From Crocinitomicaceae bacterium (GTDB lineage Bacteria > Bacteroidota > Bacteroidia > Flavobacteriales_D > Crocinitomicaceae), in contig JAIPCC010000003.1 of NCBI GenBank assembly GCA_021738405.1, positions 308 through 64,307 on the forward strand: a stretch of 64,000 bases of DNA. The letters are read 5' to 3'. The notes under the pieces were generated by a model. The model had not been told where the DNA came from and made no database searches. It saw nothing but the letters and a program-made list of their open reading frames with translations. The translations under genes were made by a program, and so were the position numbers. Shown one piece after another: positions 45,915 through 55,781 of this stretch; position 1 is the stretch's first letter, and every line of letters begins with the position of its first letter.

Positions 45915-47177
45915 ATGGCTGAAGTAGTATACATGCCCAAATTAAGCGACACCATGACAGAAGGTGTAGTTGCCGCCTGGACAAAAAACGTTGGTGATGC
46001 AGTGAAATCCGGTGAAGTACTCGCCGAGATCGAAACAGACAAAGCCACTATGGAATTTGAGTCTTTTTACGATGGTGTTTTGTTACACATTGGTGTAGAA
46101 ACCGGAAAAGCTGCGCCTGTCAATAGCGTGCTTGCTATTATCGGTGAAGCTGGTGAAGACATCTCTGGTATTTTAGCTAGTGCTGGTGCACCTGCTGCCA
46201 CAACTGAAGCGGCCCCTGCTGCTCCAGCGCCTGTAGCCGCTCCTGTCAGCACTCCTGCACCAAGCCCAGCGCCAGTTGCTGCGCCAACAGCAGCTCCTGT
46301 AGCTGTTGCCAACAACTCAGACCGTGTATTTGCTTCTCCATTGGCTAAAAAGATGGCAGCAGAACGCGGCATCGATATTCATGCTGTGGGTGGTACCGGT
46401 GAAAACGGCCGCATCGTGAAGCGCGATGTCGATCATTATGTACCTTACACACCTGCCGCAAACGCGCCAGCTTACAGCGCAGCTCCTATGGGAACTGTAT
46501 CGTATACAGACGAGCCGGTTTCGCAAATGCGCAAAACCATCGCGCGCCGCTTGGCCGAGAGCAAATTTACCGCTCCCCACTTCTACCTCACTTTAGACAT
46601 CGACATGGATGCCGCAATGGCGATCCGCAAAGGCCTCAACAGCCTCGATGGCGTCAAAGTATCTTTCAACGACATGGTGATCAAAGCCGTGGCCATGGCC
46701 TTGCGCAAGCACCCAGCTGTGAATAGCGCCTGGATGGGCGATTTCATTCGCCGCAATGACCACGTCAATATTGGCGTAGCAGTTGCCGTAGAAGATGGTC
46801 TACTTGTTCCTGTTGTGCGCTTTGCCGATGGCAAGGGCCTCACCCAAATTTCTGCTGAGGTCAGAGAATTTGCACAGAAAGCCAAAGACAAAAAATTACA
46901 ACCGAGCGATTGGGAAGGCAACACCTTCACCATCTCTAACCTCGGTATGTTCGGCATTGAATCGTTTACAGCAATTGTAAACCCACCAGACGCTTGTATT
47001 TTAGCGATTGGAGGCATCAAAGCAGTACCAGTTGTGAAGAACGGTCAGGTTGTACCAGGAAATGTTATGAAAGTGACGCTATCTTGTGATCACCGCGCTG
47101 TTGATGGTGCTTCTGGAGCTGCATTCTTACAGACCTTCAAGACCTACATGGAGCAACCAGCTGCCATGTTGCTCTAA
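45915..47177 (+). CDS. Pyruvate dehydrogenase complex E2 dihydrolipoamide acetyltransferase
   Basis: Lipoyl domain (EIETDKATMEFES), an Ala/Pro linker, a subunit-binding domain (SPLAKKMAAERGIDI) and the catalytic CDHRAVDGA. Confidence 0.9.
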   Translation: MAEVVYMPKLSDTMTEGVVAAWTKNVGDAVKSGEVLAEIETDKATMEFESFYDGVLLHIGVETGKAAPVNSVLAIIGEAGEDISGILASAGAPAATTEAAPAAPAPVAAPVSTPAPSPAPVAAPTAAPVAVANNSDRVFASPLAKKMAAERGIDIHAVGGTGENGRIVKRDVDHYVPYTPAANAPAYSAAPMGTVSYTDEPVSQMRKTIARRLAESKFTAPHFYLTLDIDMDAAMAIRKGLNSLDGVKVSFNDMVIKAVAMALRKHPAVNSAWMGDFIRRNDHVNIGVAVAVEDGLLVPVVRFADGKGLTQISAEVREFAQKAKDKKLQPSDWEGNTFTISNLGMFGIESFTAIVNPPDACILAIGGIKAVPVVKNGQVVPGNVMKVTLSCDHRAVDGASGAAFLQTFKTYMEQPAAMLL

Positions 47178-47198
47178 GTATTTCGCAAGAACTACTCC

Positions 47199-47624
47199 TT
47201 ATAAATCTTTGTGAAGGGCATGGACGTCATTGTGGTTTTCCTCAATGCGATCCTTAATGACCTGTATAGATTTAGCCAAAATGATCAATTCTGGGCTCGT
47301 ATTTTTTCGGAGCCAAAACCAGCTGTCTTGCTCGTGTTCCACCGCCATAGCGATGTGAAACAACACATCGTAGCCAAATTGCTTTAGCCATTTTTGCGCC
47401 TTCTCATTTCCTTCTGCCGCACTGATCATGGCCATGAGCTCGGGGTAACCGTTTTTGAGCAGCCATTGCCGCGCAGGGTCGTGTAGCCGAATAGCTTGGG
47501 TGGCCATCCAGAGTTCGGGGTAGCCATTTTCTTGCAACCAATTGTGCAGCGTGTCATGACCGTCCACGGCTTTAGCCCAAGCGAGGATCACGAGTGAAGG
47601 ATAAGAGAGTGTGTTCGCCTTCAT
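47199..47624 (-). CDS. Hypothetical protein built from 25-residue WL..(N/F)GYPEL repeats
   Basis: WL dipeptides at residues 29, 54, 79 and 104 give an exact 25-aa period, with GYPEL, GYPEL, GYDVL and TSPEL following. Confidence 0.5.
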   Translation of the reverse strand: MKANTLSYPSLVILAWAKAVDGHDTLHNWLQENGYPELWMATQAIRLHDPARQWLLKNGYPELMAMISAAEGNEKAQKWLKQFGYDVLFHIAMAVEHEQDSWFWLRKNTSPELIILAKSIQVIKDRIEENHNDVHALHKDL

Positions 47625-47627
47625 TGT

Positions 47628-49127
47628 TTAGAAAAACCAGAGTGCTACGCCAATAGCGGTGAGTACACAAATGAGGTCCACCAAAAGCATGGTGCCTAAG
47701 GTATAGCGCGTATTGCGCACTTGAATGGAGCCAAAATAGACGGCAATGACATAAAAAGTGGTTTCGGCCGAACACTGAAAAATAGAAGATAGCCTTCCGG
47801 CCAAACTATCTGGCCCAAACTGGTTCATGGCATCGAGCATGAAACCTCTTGAACCCGAACTGCTGAAAGGCCGCAATAAGGCCACAGGCAATGAGTCTGT
47901 GATTTCTTTACTCACGCCCACGTACCTAAAAACTTCTGAAATACCACCTGCAATGACTTCAAAAAGGCCAGAATTCCTAAAGACAGAAATGGCCACAAGC
48001 ATGCCAAGCACATAAGGAAAGATCTTGACGCCGGTATCCAAACCTGAGCGCGCACCTTCTACAAATGCATCAAAAACAGTGGTGTCTTTTTCCTTGAAAC
48101 GCGCTTCATTTTTAAACGCAAAAAGCAAAGTCAACAAGATGATCGCAAAGAGTAAAATACCTGAAAAATTACCCGTGAAGTAATTCTTTTCGACCAAATT
48201 GAGGGAACCTACATAAAAAAGCAGACCAAAAATAGCGCCGATAATGGCCATAATGACACCCAACAACAAACCGCTTTTGAAGGAAATGCGCTGGCGCAAA
48301 CCAACTATAAAGAATGCCGCTAAAGTGCCAATAAAAGAGGTAATGATACACGGCAGCATGACATCTGCCGGATTGGCGGCGTTTGCGGCTGCGCGGTAAC
48401 CAATAATGGAAGTCGGGATGAGTGTCAGCCCTGCCGCGTGCAGGCACAAAAACATGATTTGCGCATCAGAAGCCTTGTCTTTTTCTGTATTGAGTTCTTG
48501 CAAACTCTCCATGGCCTTGAGCCCAAACGGCGTGGCAGCGGAGTCTAGACCGAGGAAATTCGCCGAAAAATTCATGGTCATGTAGGTGATCGACGGATGC
48601 CCTGCCGGCACCTGCGGAAACACCTTATTAAAAAACGGACTCAGGCGTTTGGCCAAGCGTTCGGTGGCTCCAGAATCGATGAGCAGTTGCATGATGCCCG
48701 CAAAAAATGCCAAATAGGCCATCAAGGGTAAAATCAGGTCAAATAAGCTATTCTTAGCCGTCACCAATAAACCGTCGGATTTCTGCACCCCGGAATAAAC
48801 CATGACGGTCTTTTCTTTCATGATGTAGGTGGTGTCGGGGTCTAAAGGATTTTTATCTACAATGTAAGTATCGTTATCGGCCCGAGCCATGTTTTCAACA
48901 TAGCTATGAGGTAATTTCCAATGGTAGGTTTCTTTGATGAGAATGGGGTCGTCTTTTTTACCGTTCAAGACGTAATCAATGCTGTAAAACTGCCCTGAGA
49001 ACACAGCAAAAAGGACAAATAAAATAGAGCTGATGAAAATGACCAGCCAAAAACGACTCAATACCATATAACGAAATTGCACAATTTCTACCAATGACCA
49101 ACAACTCCCAACAAAAAGAATTAACAT
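47628..49127 (-). CDS. Nucleoside-recognition (Gate) domain membrane protein, fused SpmA/SpmB-like
   Basis: MNFSANFLGLDSAATPFGLKAMESLQELN is SpmA-like and the second half is SpmB-like. Many TM helices. The N-terminal ~130 aa is an extra segment. Confidence 0.7.
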   Translation of the reverse strand: MLILFVGSCWSLVEIVQFRYMVLSRFWLVIFISSILFVLFAVFSGQFYSIDYVLNGKKDDPILIKETYHWKLPHSYVENMARADNDTYIVDKNPLDPDTTYIMKEKTVMVYSGVQKSDGLLVTAKNSLFDLILPLMAYLAFFAGIMQLLIDSGATERLAKRLSPFFNKVFPQVPAGHPSITYMTMNFSANFLGLDSAATPFGLKAMESLQELNTEKDKASDAQIMFLCLHAAGLTLIPTSIIGYRAAANAANPADVMLPCIITSFIGTLAAFFIVGLRQRISFKSGLLLGVIMAIIGAIFGLLFYVGSLNLVEKNYFTGNFSGILLFAIILLTLLFAFKNEARFKEKDTTVFDAFVEGARSGLDTGVKIFPYVLGMLVAISVFRNSGLFEVIAGGISEVFRYVGVSKEITDSLPVALLRPFSSSGSRGFMLDAMNQFGPDSLAGRLSSIFQCSAETTFYVIAVYFGSIQVRNTRYTLGTMLLVDLICVLTAIGVALWFF

Positions 49128-49179
49128 GTGTTATTGAATTAAGCACCGTTCTATCCTTTACTTTGCACAAAAAAACACC

Positions 49180-49884
49180 ATGAAAACCGTTTTTCATTCT
49201 GCTGCCTCTCGCGGACACGCCGACCACGGCTGGCTCAACGCCAAGCATTCATTTAGTTTTGCCTCTTGGTACAATCCAGAGCGCATTCATTTTGGCATGT
49301 TGCGCGTGCTCAACGACGACATCGTTGCAGGCGGAATGGGCTTTGGCAAGCACCCCCACGACAACATGGAAATCATTACCATTCCATTAAGTGGTGCCAT
49401 TCAACACCAAGACAGCATGGGTTTTAGTGAAATCATCGAGACGGGCGAAGTGCAAGTGATGTCTGCAGGAACGGGTATTTACCACAGTGAGTTCAACCCC
49501 AAACCAGACCAAGAACTCAATTTATTTCAAATCTGGATTTTTCCCAATCAAAAACAAGTGACGCCGCGCTATGCGCAAAGGAAATACAATATCAAATCAG
49601 GTGCTTTTACGGCACTTGTTGGCCCTCAAGAAAGTAATCTAGCAACCTGGATTCACCAAGACGCCTGGATTTCTTTAGGGGAGTTTAGTGCCCAAACCAC
49701 TTCAACTTACTCCGTCAACAAACAGAAAAACGGGATTTACCTGATGGTCATTGAAGGAGAAATTCAGATAGGAGAGCAACGCCTACAAAGCAGAGATGCG
49801 CTAGGAATCAGCGAAACCGAACAGATCGACATCCAAATGGAACAAAACAGCAAAATACTTGTCATTGAAGTACCAATGAACTAA
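49180..49884 (+). CDS. Pirin family protein (YhhW-like)
   Basis: Collinear with E. coli YhhW as I recall it (RGHADHGWLNAKHSFSFA, GFGKHPHDNMEIITIPL, MSAGTGIYHSEFNP). Confidence 0.9.
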   Translation: MKTVFHSAASRGHADHGWLNAKHSFSFASWYNPERIHFGMLRVLNDDIVAGGMGFGKHPHDNMEIITIPLSGAIQHQDSMGFSEIIETGEVQVMSAGTGIYHSEFNPKPDQELNLFQIWIFPNQKQVTPRYAQRKYNIKSGAFTALVGPQESNLATWIHQDAWISLGEFSAQTTSTYSVNKQKNGIYLMVIEGEIQIGEQRLQSRDALGISETEQIDIQMEQNSKILVIEVPMN

Positions 49885-49888
49885 AGCC

Positions 49889-50524
49889 ATGAAAGACCAA
49901 CTTATCCAAGCACTCGAATGGCGCTATGCCACCAAAAAATTTGACGCGACCCAACAGCTAGACGCCAACGACAAAGAAACGATAGAACGCGTGCTGCAAC
50001 TTACACCTACCAGTTACGGACTTCAGCCCTTGCATTTTATCTGGATTGAAGACGGCGCCTTGCGCGAACAAATCAAGACGCTTGCCTGGAATCAACAACA
50101 AATTGTAGATGCAGCTTCAGTACTTGTGCTTTGCGCCAAAAACGACCTCGACACCACCTACCTAGACCAACATGCCGACAACATGCGCGACACCCGCGCA
50201 ATGGCTGAGGAGCAAATCAAGGGCTTTAGAAACCATTTGCATACCGCAATTGGCCAAAAGGCCGCGGCCGATATCAAAAGTTGGAACGGCAAGCAAGCTT
50301 ACATTGCGCTCGGTCAATTACTGACGGCCTGCGCGCTACTCGAACTCGACGCCACACCTATGGAAGGCTTTGACCCAGCAGCACTAGACCAACTCCTCGA
50401 CCTCCATGCGCAGGGCCTCCACAGCGTCTTGCTGTGCCCCATTGGCAAGCGCGCTGCTGACGACCATTACCAGACACTCAAAAAGGTCAGAAGACCTAAA
50501 AATTTGCTATTCAGCACGCGTTAA
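49889..50524 (+). CDS. Nitroreductase-family NAD(P)H oxidoreductase
   Basis: The RYATKKFD motif, with size and pattern typical of the nitroreductase fold. Confidence 0.75.
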   Translation: MKDQLIQALEWRYATKKFDATQQLDANDKETIERVLQLTPTSYGLQPLHFIWIEDGALREQIKTLAWNQQQIVDAASVLVLCAKNDLDTTYLDQHADNMRDTRAMAEEQIKGFRNHLHTAIGQKAAADIKSWNGKQAYIALGQLLTACALLELDATPMEGFDPAALDQLLDLHAQGLHSVLLCPIGKRAADDHYQTLKKVRRPKNLLFSTR

Positions 50525-50539
50525 ATAAAGGATTTTCCT

Positions 50540-50547
50540 TATATTTG
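50540..50547 (+). promoter_or_regulatory. -7 promoter box TATATTTG (leaderless geometry)
   Basis: Exact TAnnTTTG with 3 nt before the ATG at 50551. The TTG at 50545 used by the ORF track lies inside the box. Confidence 0.45.
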
Positions 50548-50550
50548 AAG

Positions 50551-52722
50551 ATGTCTCGGATTGTACTGTTATTAACGCTCGCGCTTTGCTTATCAAGTTT
50601 TCAGGCGTGGTCGGCTCCAAAAATGAGCCAAGCAGACCAACACGAGCTCCAACAAATTCAAAACGAACTCCTGCGCCAAAAAGGCGCTGTTTCAGCCCAA
50701 CTGCAAGCCAACTATCCTATTTACAACATCGACGGGCGTTGGTATTTATCCATGCTTGGGCGCTGCAACACCCAATTCAGAGCAGAAGAACTGCAATGGC
50801 AGCGCATTTTGTTTCAAAAACCTATCGCAGGCCTCCTTTCACTCAAAGTTCCACTCCAAAAGCTTGCCGCCTTGGCTGCACTCAAAGGCTTAGATTACCT
50901 CGAAATCGCGGGGCGCATCAATCCTAACCTAGACAAAGCCGTCAAAGACCTCCATGCCGACTCCGTTCACGCAGGCATTGGCCTTCCGCAAGGCTACGCA
51001 GGCAAAGATGTGCTCATTGGCGTTACCGACTGGGGTTTTGACTACACGCACCCAGTTTTTTACGACACTTTGCTGCAACAGAACCGCATTTACGCCGCTT
51101 GGGATCAATTCAAAACCAGTGGCCCCGCACCCAACGGGTTCAACTACGGAACCGAATACGGAGACACCCCTAGCCTTTTGGCAGCTGGCAGCGACACCTC
51201 CAACATTTACGGCTACGGCACGCACGGCACACACGTCGCTGGCATTGCCGGAGGCGCAGGCGCAACGAGTCCGCATCGCGGCGTGGCCTATGAAGCACAA
51301 TTTTTGTTTGTTACGTTTTTGGTAGACGAAGGCGCCGTGCTAGACGCTTGGCAATGGATGTATCAAAAAGCACTTGCTGCAGACAAGCGTTTGGTGGTGA
51401 ACATGAGTTGGGGGCTCTACCATTTTGGCACGCTGGATGGCACTTCTATTTTGAGCCAAGCCATTACGGCATTCAGCAACTTAGGGGTTGTGTTTGTCAA
51501 TTCTGGAGGTAATAACGGCAACGTCAACTTCCACCTCAAAAAAACATTCAACAACGACCAACTCAAGTCCAGAATCGAATTCTACGACTACGCAGCCAAC
51601 CCCAATATGTGGGGCCAGAGCATTCATGCTTGGGGCGAGGCCAACCAAAGCTTTGCCAACGGCATTATTGTGACCAATAGCGCCAACGTCCAATTGGCAG
51701 AAAGCCCTTACTACAGCACCGCAAGCACTACCGGCTACATCGACACCTTCTTGGTTGTGAACCAAGACACCATTTGGTACAACATTTCTGCCGACGCAGC
51801 GCATCCGCTCAACGGCAAGCCTCAAATGCGCTTGCGCATCAAAAACACGAATACCAGCTTGCGCATTCAACTCAAATCGCAAGCGAGTGACGGCACCGTT
51901 CATTACTGGAACGTCACCGAGCTCAGCACCGATGTGGGCAACTGGGGCATGGCCTTTTTGGCAGCAGGCAGCGGCACCACATCCGGCGACAACCAAAATG
52001 GCATCAGCGAGCCTTCTTGTGCCGACGACGTCATTAGCGTTGGCGCTTACGCCACCCAATACGCCACCAGCTCAGGCTCTTTGGTGGGCGGTGCATTGGC
52101 CTCGTTTTCGAGTAAAGGTCCGCGCTATGATGGCGCCATGAAGCCCGACATCGCCGCGCCAGGTGTTGCCATTGCCTCAGCCATTTCATCCTTCACCACA
52201 GGCAACTACACCAGCGTAGCCAACGCAAGCTTCAACGGCAGCACTTATCATTTTGCCAAATTCTCAGGCACCTCAATGGCTTCACCAATGGTGGCTGGCG
52301 TGGTGGCCCTCATGCTAGAAGCCAATCCGTATTTATCTGCGGCACAGGTCAAGGAAATCATCATGCAAACTGCGCGTCAAGACAACTACACCGGCGTGAT
52401 CCCAACAGAAGGGAGCCCGCAGTGGGGCGCTGGCAAGATCAATGCCTACGCGGCCGTTCAGCTCGCTGTGCAAACACTTGGTCTGTTAGAAGCTGCGCCT
52501 ATCTTAGAGTGGTCGGTCTATCCCAACCCCGTCCAACACTACCTGCATTTTACCATCGTTGAGCTACCCGAATTTGCTGAAATCGTAGGGCTTGATGGCA
52601 AACGCTATTGGGTTGCTATTGAAAACGGCAAAATGTCTGTTCAAGATCTACCTACCGGCACCTACTACGTGCGTTTGCAGCAGAACGGACGCATCCAGCA
52701 AGCACCTTTCGTCAAAATCTAA
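50551..52722 (+). CDS. S8 subtilisin-family serine peptidase with T9SS C-terminal sorting domain
   Basis: Catalytic triad contexts GVTDWGFD, HGTHVAGI and SGTSMASPMVAG. Signal peptide. CTD WSVYPNPVQHYLHF...YYVRLQQNGRIQQAPFVKI. Confidence 0.85.
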   Translation: MSRIVLLLTLALCLSSFQAWSAPKMSQADQHELQQIQNELLRQKGAVSAQLQANYPIYNIDGRWYLSMLGRCNTQFRAEELQWQRILFQKPIAGLLSLKVPLQKLAALAALKGLDYLEIAGRINPNLDKAVKDLHADSVHAGIGLPQGYAGKDVLIGVTDWGFDYTHPVFYDTLLQQNRIYAAWDQFKTSGPAPNGFNYGTEYGDTPSLLAAGSDTSNIYGYGTHGTHVAGIAGGAGATSPHRGVAYEAQFLFVTFLVDEGAVLDAWQWMYQKALAADKRLVVNMSWGLYHFGTLDGTSILSQAITAFSNLGVVFVNSGGNNGNVNFHLKKTFNNDQLKSRIEFYDYAANPNMWGQSIHAWGEANQSFANGIIVTNSANVQLAESPYYSTASTTGYIDTFLVVNQDTIWYNISADAAHPLNGKPQMRLRIKNTNTSLRIQLKSQASDGTVHYWNVTELSTDVGNWGMAFLAAGSGTTSGDNQNGISEPSCADDVISVGAYATQYATSSGSLVGGALASFSSKGPRYDGAMKPDIAAPGVAIASAISSFTTGNYTSVANASFNGSTYHFAKFSGTSMASPMVAGVVALMLEANPYLSAAQVKEIIMQTARQDNYTGVIPTEGSPQWGAGKINAYAAVQLAVQTLGLLEAAPILEWSVYPNPVQHYLHFTIVELPEFAEIVGLDGKRYWVAIENGKMSVQDLPTGTYYVRLQQNGRIQQAPFVKI

Positions 52723-52723
52723 C

Positions 52724-53227
52724 ATGGACATCCGACTGGCGAGCGCTAACGAACTCCCTATTCTAGAAAGTTTAGCACGGCAGATTTGGCCTCAGGCCTA
52801 TGCCAATATCATTAGCGCAGCCCAAATTGAATTCATGCTCAACTGGATGTACAGCGCTGAGACGCTTCAAAAGCAACAAACAGTAGGCCACGAATTTTAC
52901 ATCTTAGCAAGCAATGGCCTAGACATCGGGTTTATGGCGTTGGAATGGGTCAATGAGGCGCATGCGGTATTCAAACGACAGCTGAAAATCAATAAACTGT
53001 ATGTCCTGACCGATTTCCAAGGCAAAGGAGCTGGCCGCGCTTTGGTTCAAAAAGCAAAGGAACGCGCAGCAACAACTCGGTGCAAGGCTATTTTTCTGCA
53101 GGTCAACAAAGTAAATCCGGCCAAAAATTTCTATCTCCAATTGGGTTTTCAGGTAAGAGAAGAAGCGGTTTTTGACATCGGCAACGGTTTTGTCATGGAC
53201 GACTACATCATGGAAGTACAGCTCTGA
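52724..53227 (+). CDS. GNAT family N-acetyltransferase
   Basis: Acetyl-CoA binding motif FQGKGAGRALV. The ATG at 52724 lies 1 nt after the peptidase stop; the longer ORF from 52592 overlaps the peptidase. Confidence 0.8.
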   Translation: MDIRLASANELPILESLARQIWPQAYANIISAAQIEFMLNWMYSAETLQKQQTVGHEFYILASNGLDIGFMALEWVNEAHAVFKRQLKINKLYVLTDFQGKGAGRALVQKAKERAATTRCKAIFLQVNKVNPAKNFYLQLGFQVREEAVFDIGNGFVMDDYIMEVQL

Positions 53228-53264
53228 GCTTTTTTGTATCTTCGTAAACCTAAAAAAATCACCC

Positions 53265-54272
53265 ATGCTCAAAATCGATATGCACAGCCATATTTTGCCG
53301 CAAACCATGCCCAATTGGACGCAAAAATTTGGTTACGGTAAATTCATTCACCTCGAACCCAATACCGATGGCAGCGCCAACATGATGCAAGGCGGGCAAT
53401 TTTTTAGACGCATCGTTGAAAATTGTTGGGATGCACCTATGCGCATTGAGGAATACACCCAATACAACACACAAGTGCAAGTAGTTTGCACCATCCCGGT
53501 CATGTTCTCTTATTGGGCTAAAACGGCCGATGCATTAGAGCTGTCGCGCTTTCTCAACGACCACATCGCCGAACTCGTGCAGCGCTACCCAAAAAACTAT
53601 ATTGGCCTCGCTACAATCCCCATGCAAGACGCCGAGGCCGCCATTTTAGAACTGGAACGCGCCAAAGCAATCGGACATGTCGGCATTCAGATTGGCTCCA
53701 ACATCAACGACGAAAATTTATCTGAAGAGAAGTTCTTCCCGATTTTTGAAGCCTGCGAACGCCTCGGCATGGCCGTCATGATCCACCCTTGGCAAATGAT
53801 GGGCTTTGACAGCATGAAAAAATACTGGCTACCTTGGTTGGTTGGCATGCCAGCCGAAACTTCGCGTGCGGCTTGTTCACTTATTTTTGGCGGGGTCTTG
53901 GAACGCCTTCCTAATTTACGCGTTTGCTTCTCACATGCAGGCGGCTCCTTCTTACCGACGCTTGGACGCATCGAACACGGCTTCAATTGCCGTCCGGATT
54001 TAGTAGCCATAGACAACCCGCACAACCCACGCACCTATCTGGGCAAGTTTTGGGTGGATAGCATTACGCACGACATCGATGCGCTCGAATACATTCTTAA
54101 AATGCAGGGTTCCAAACGGGTTTGCTTAGGCAGTGACTACCCCTTCCCGCTCGGCGATTTAGAAATTGGTCAGTTCATCGAAGACAGCAAGCTAAGTGCC
54201 CAGACCAAAGAAGATATCTTTTGCAATGCAACCCTAGAATGGCTACAGCTCGATAAAAAGCTGTTTCTCTAA
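53265..54272 (+). CDS. 2-amino-3-carboxymuconate-6-semialdehyde decarboxylase-like amidohydrolase (ACMSD family)
   Basis: Collinear with animal ACMSD as I recall it (KIDMHSHILP, ENCWD, TIPVMFSYWAK, HPWQMMG, KYWLPWLVGMPAETS, CFSHAGGSF, GSDYPFPLG). Confidence 0.85.
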   Translation: MLKIDMHSHILPQTMPNWTQKFGYGKFIHLEPNTDGSANMMQGGQFFRRIVENCWDAPMRIEEYTQYNTQVQVVCTIPVMFSYWAKTADALELSRFLNDHIAELVQRYPKNYIGLATIPMQDAEAAILELERAKAIGHVGIQIGSNINDENLSEEKFFPIFEACERLGMAVMIHPWQMMGFDSMKKYWLPWLVGMPAETSRAACSLIFGGVLERLPNLRVCFSHAGGSFLPTLGRIEHGFNCRPDLVAIDNPHNPRTYLGKFWVDSITHDIDALEYILKMQGSKRVCLGSDYPFPLGDLEIGQFIEDSKLSAQTKEDIFCNATLEWLQLDKKLFL

Positions 54273-54288
54273 TAAGCTAGTTCTCTAA

Positions 54289-55029
54289 TTAGTCGATTTT
54301 ATATTTCAAGCGAATGGTTACGCTCGCTGTTTTGCGGCGAGAGCTCGTATTGAAGCTTCCTCCCCATTCGTATTCCTCAGAAGAGTTTTCGGCTGTGATT
54401 TGAAACACTCCCATGTCGGCGAACATCAGTTTACCTAAACTACCTCCACCATTTTCGGCTATTTTGGCCGCGCGTTCGTGTGCATCTTTGGTAGCGGCCT
54501 CGATCATTTTGAGTTTCAATTGCGCCAACTTCGTATAGTAGTATTCTGGCGCATCTGAATTGAGTTCGATACCGGCGTCTATTAGTTCAGAAACCTGACG
54601 CGAAGTTTGTTCGACCACATTGACTTTTTTGGAGCTCACCTTTACGCTTTGATTCAACGAATACCCATCAAAAATCGTTTGACGGATGTTGCCTTCTTCG
54701 TCGTAGATATTGCTCCATTCTTTGGAAATATCCGCAGCTTCGAATACCATTTCATCATCTGAAATTCCGCGAGATTTGAGGTATGATTTTACTTTGCGAA
54801 TATCTGCATTGAGTTGGGCGTATGCATCTTTGAGTTCCATACTTCTGCGAGAAAAAGAAGCGCGCCAAACAATCAGATCGGAATCAAAGGATTCTTCCCC
54901 CAAACCAATCACCGAAACGGTGTCGTCGGGCTTGCCTTTTGACATATAAGACTTTCCTAAAATAAGGCCGGTAATGATGACTGCAGCACAGATAAGGAGG
55001 GTTGCAAAGTGGTGTTTGAGGAAATTCAT
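54289..55029 (-). CDS. SIMPL (DUF541) domain protein
   Basis: An N-terminal TM helix, with size and pattern consistent with the SIMPL family. The assignment is weak and motif-level only. Confidence 0.55.
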   Translation of the reverse strand: MNFLKHHFATLLICAAVIITGLILGKSYMSKGKPDDTVSVIGLGEESFDSDLIVWRASFSRRSMELKDAYAQLNADIRKVKSYLKSRGISDDEMVFEAADISKEWSNIYDEEGNIRQTIFDGYSLNQSVKVSSKKVNVVEQTSRQVSELIDAGIELNSDAPEYYYTKLAQLKLKMIEAATKDAHERAAKIAENGGGSLGKLMFADMGVFQITAENSSEEYEWGGSFNTSSRRKTASVTIRLKYKID

Positions 55030-55082
55030 CTTGATTTTTTTAACAATTCTAAACCAAGGTAGTGCAAATTTGTTACAAAATT

Positions 55083-55781
55083 ATGGAAACCAAAAATATC
55101 GCTATTATCGGCGCATCAAAAGGCATCGGATTTGCCCTAGCCACCCAACTGCTAGAAGCAGGCCACCACGTTTTTGCCACGTATGCCAATACAAGCCCAA
55201 CTTTTACGCATCCAAATTTAACGTGGGCGCACCACAATGTATTGGAACCTACTGCACTTCAATTCCCCGATATGTTAGACGGATTGGTCTATTGCCCAGG
55301 TACCATTTCTTTGAAACCTTTCAATAGATTTGGGCCTTCAGATTTTCAAGCCGATTACCAACTCCAGGTTTTGGGTGCCATTCAAAGCATTCAAGCAGCG
55401 CTTCCTTCACTCAAAAAAAGCGCACAAGCCTCTGTAGTGCTGTTTTCGACCGTAGCCGTTCAGCAAGGCTTGCCTTTTCATAGCTTGGTTTCTGCCTCAA
55501 AAGGCGCTATTGAAGGCCTCACGCGCGCGCTTGCTGCAGAATTTGCACCTAAAATTCGCGTGAACGCCATTGCACCGTCGCTCACCAACACCCCACTTGC
55601 CGAGAACCTACTCAACTCCGATGCGAAAAAAGAAGCCAACGGTGCCAGACACCCACTCAAGCGCGTTGGCGAACCCGCAGATATCGCTGCATTGGCCGCT
55701 TTCCTTTTAGGTGAAAATGCCACTTGGATCACCGGTCAAGTTATGCATGTAGACGGCGGTATTTCCAGCCTGCGCGTATGA
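55083..55781 (+). CDS. SDR family oxidoreductase
   Basis: Rossmann motif IIGASKGIG, SASKGAIEGLTR and PLKRVGEPADIA. I prefer the ATG at 55083. Confidence 0.85.
   Translation: METKNIAIIGASKGIGFALATQLLEAGHHVFATYANTSPTFTHPNLTWAHHNVLEPTALQFPDMLDGLVYCPGTISLKPFNRFGPSDFQADYQLQVLGAIQSIQAALPSLKKSAQASVVLFSTVAVQQGLPFHSLVSASKGAIEGLTRALAAEFAPKIRVNAIAPSLTNTPLAENLLNSDAKKEANGARHPLKRVGEPADIAALAAFLLGENATWITGQVMHVDGGISSLRV

Noticed and set aside
46180-46320. Low-complexity GC-rich Ala/Pro-coding stretches (also 1570-1650 and 1830-1920), considered as possible DNA repeats.
   Set aside because: They are the flexible inter-domain linkers expected in E2 proteins, are in frame, and are not exact nucleotide repeats.
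44875-47177. pdhA followed directly by E2 without an E1 beta gene, considered as a possible deletion or pseudogene event.
   Set aside because: Both ORFs are intact, and only a clean 17-nt gap separates them. To my knowledge Flavobacteriia commonly encode E1 beta elsewhere, and nothing in the sequence suggests decay.
51481-52059. 192-aa ORF antisense to the S8 peptidase. Similar long antisense or alternate-frame ORFs occur at 46583-47020, 16973-17374, 17616-17972, 10894-11334, 20367-20810, 40499-40987 and 37664-38026.
   Set aside because: All lie inside well-supported genes and have Ala/Gly/Arg/Ser-biased, featureless translations with no independent start context. I treat them as frame artefacts.
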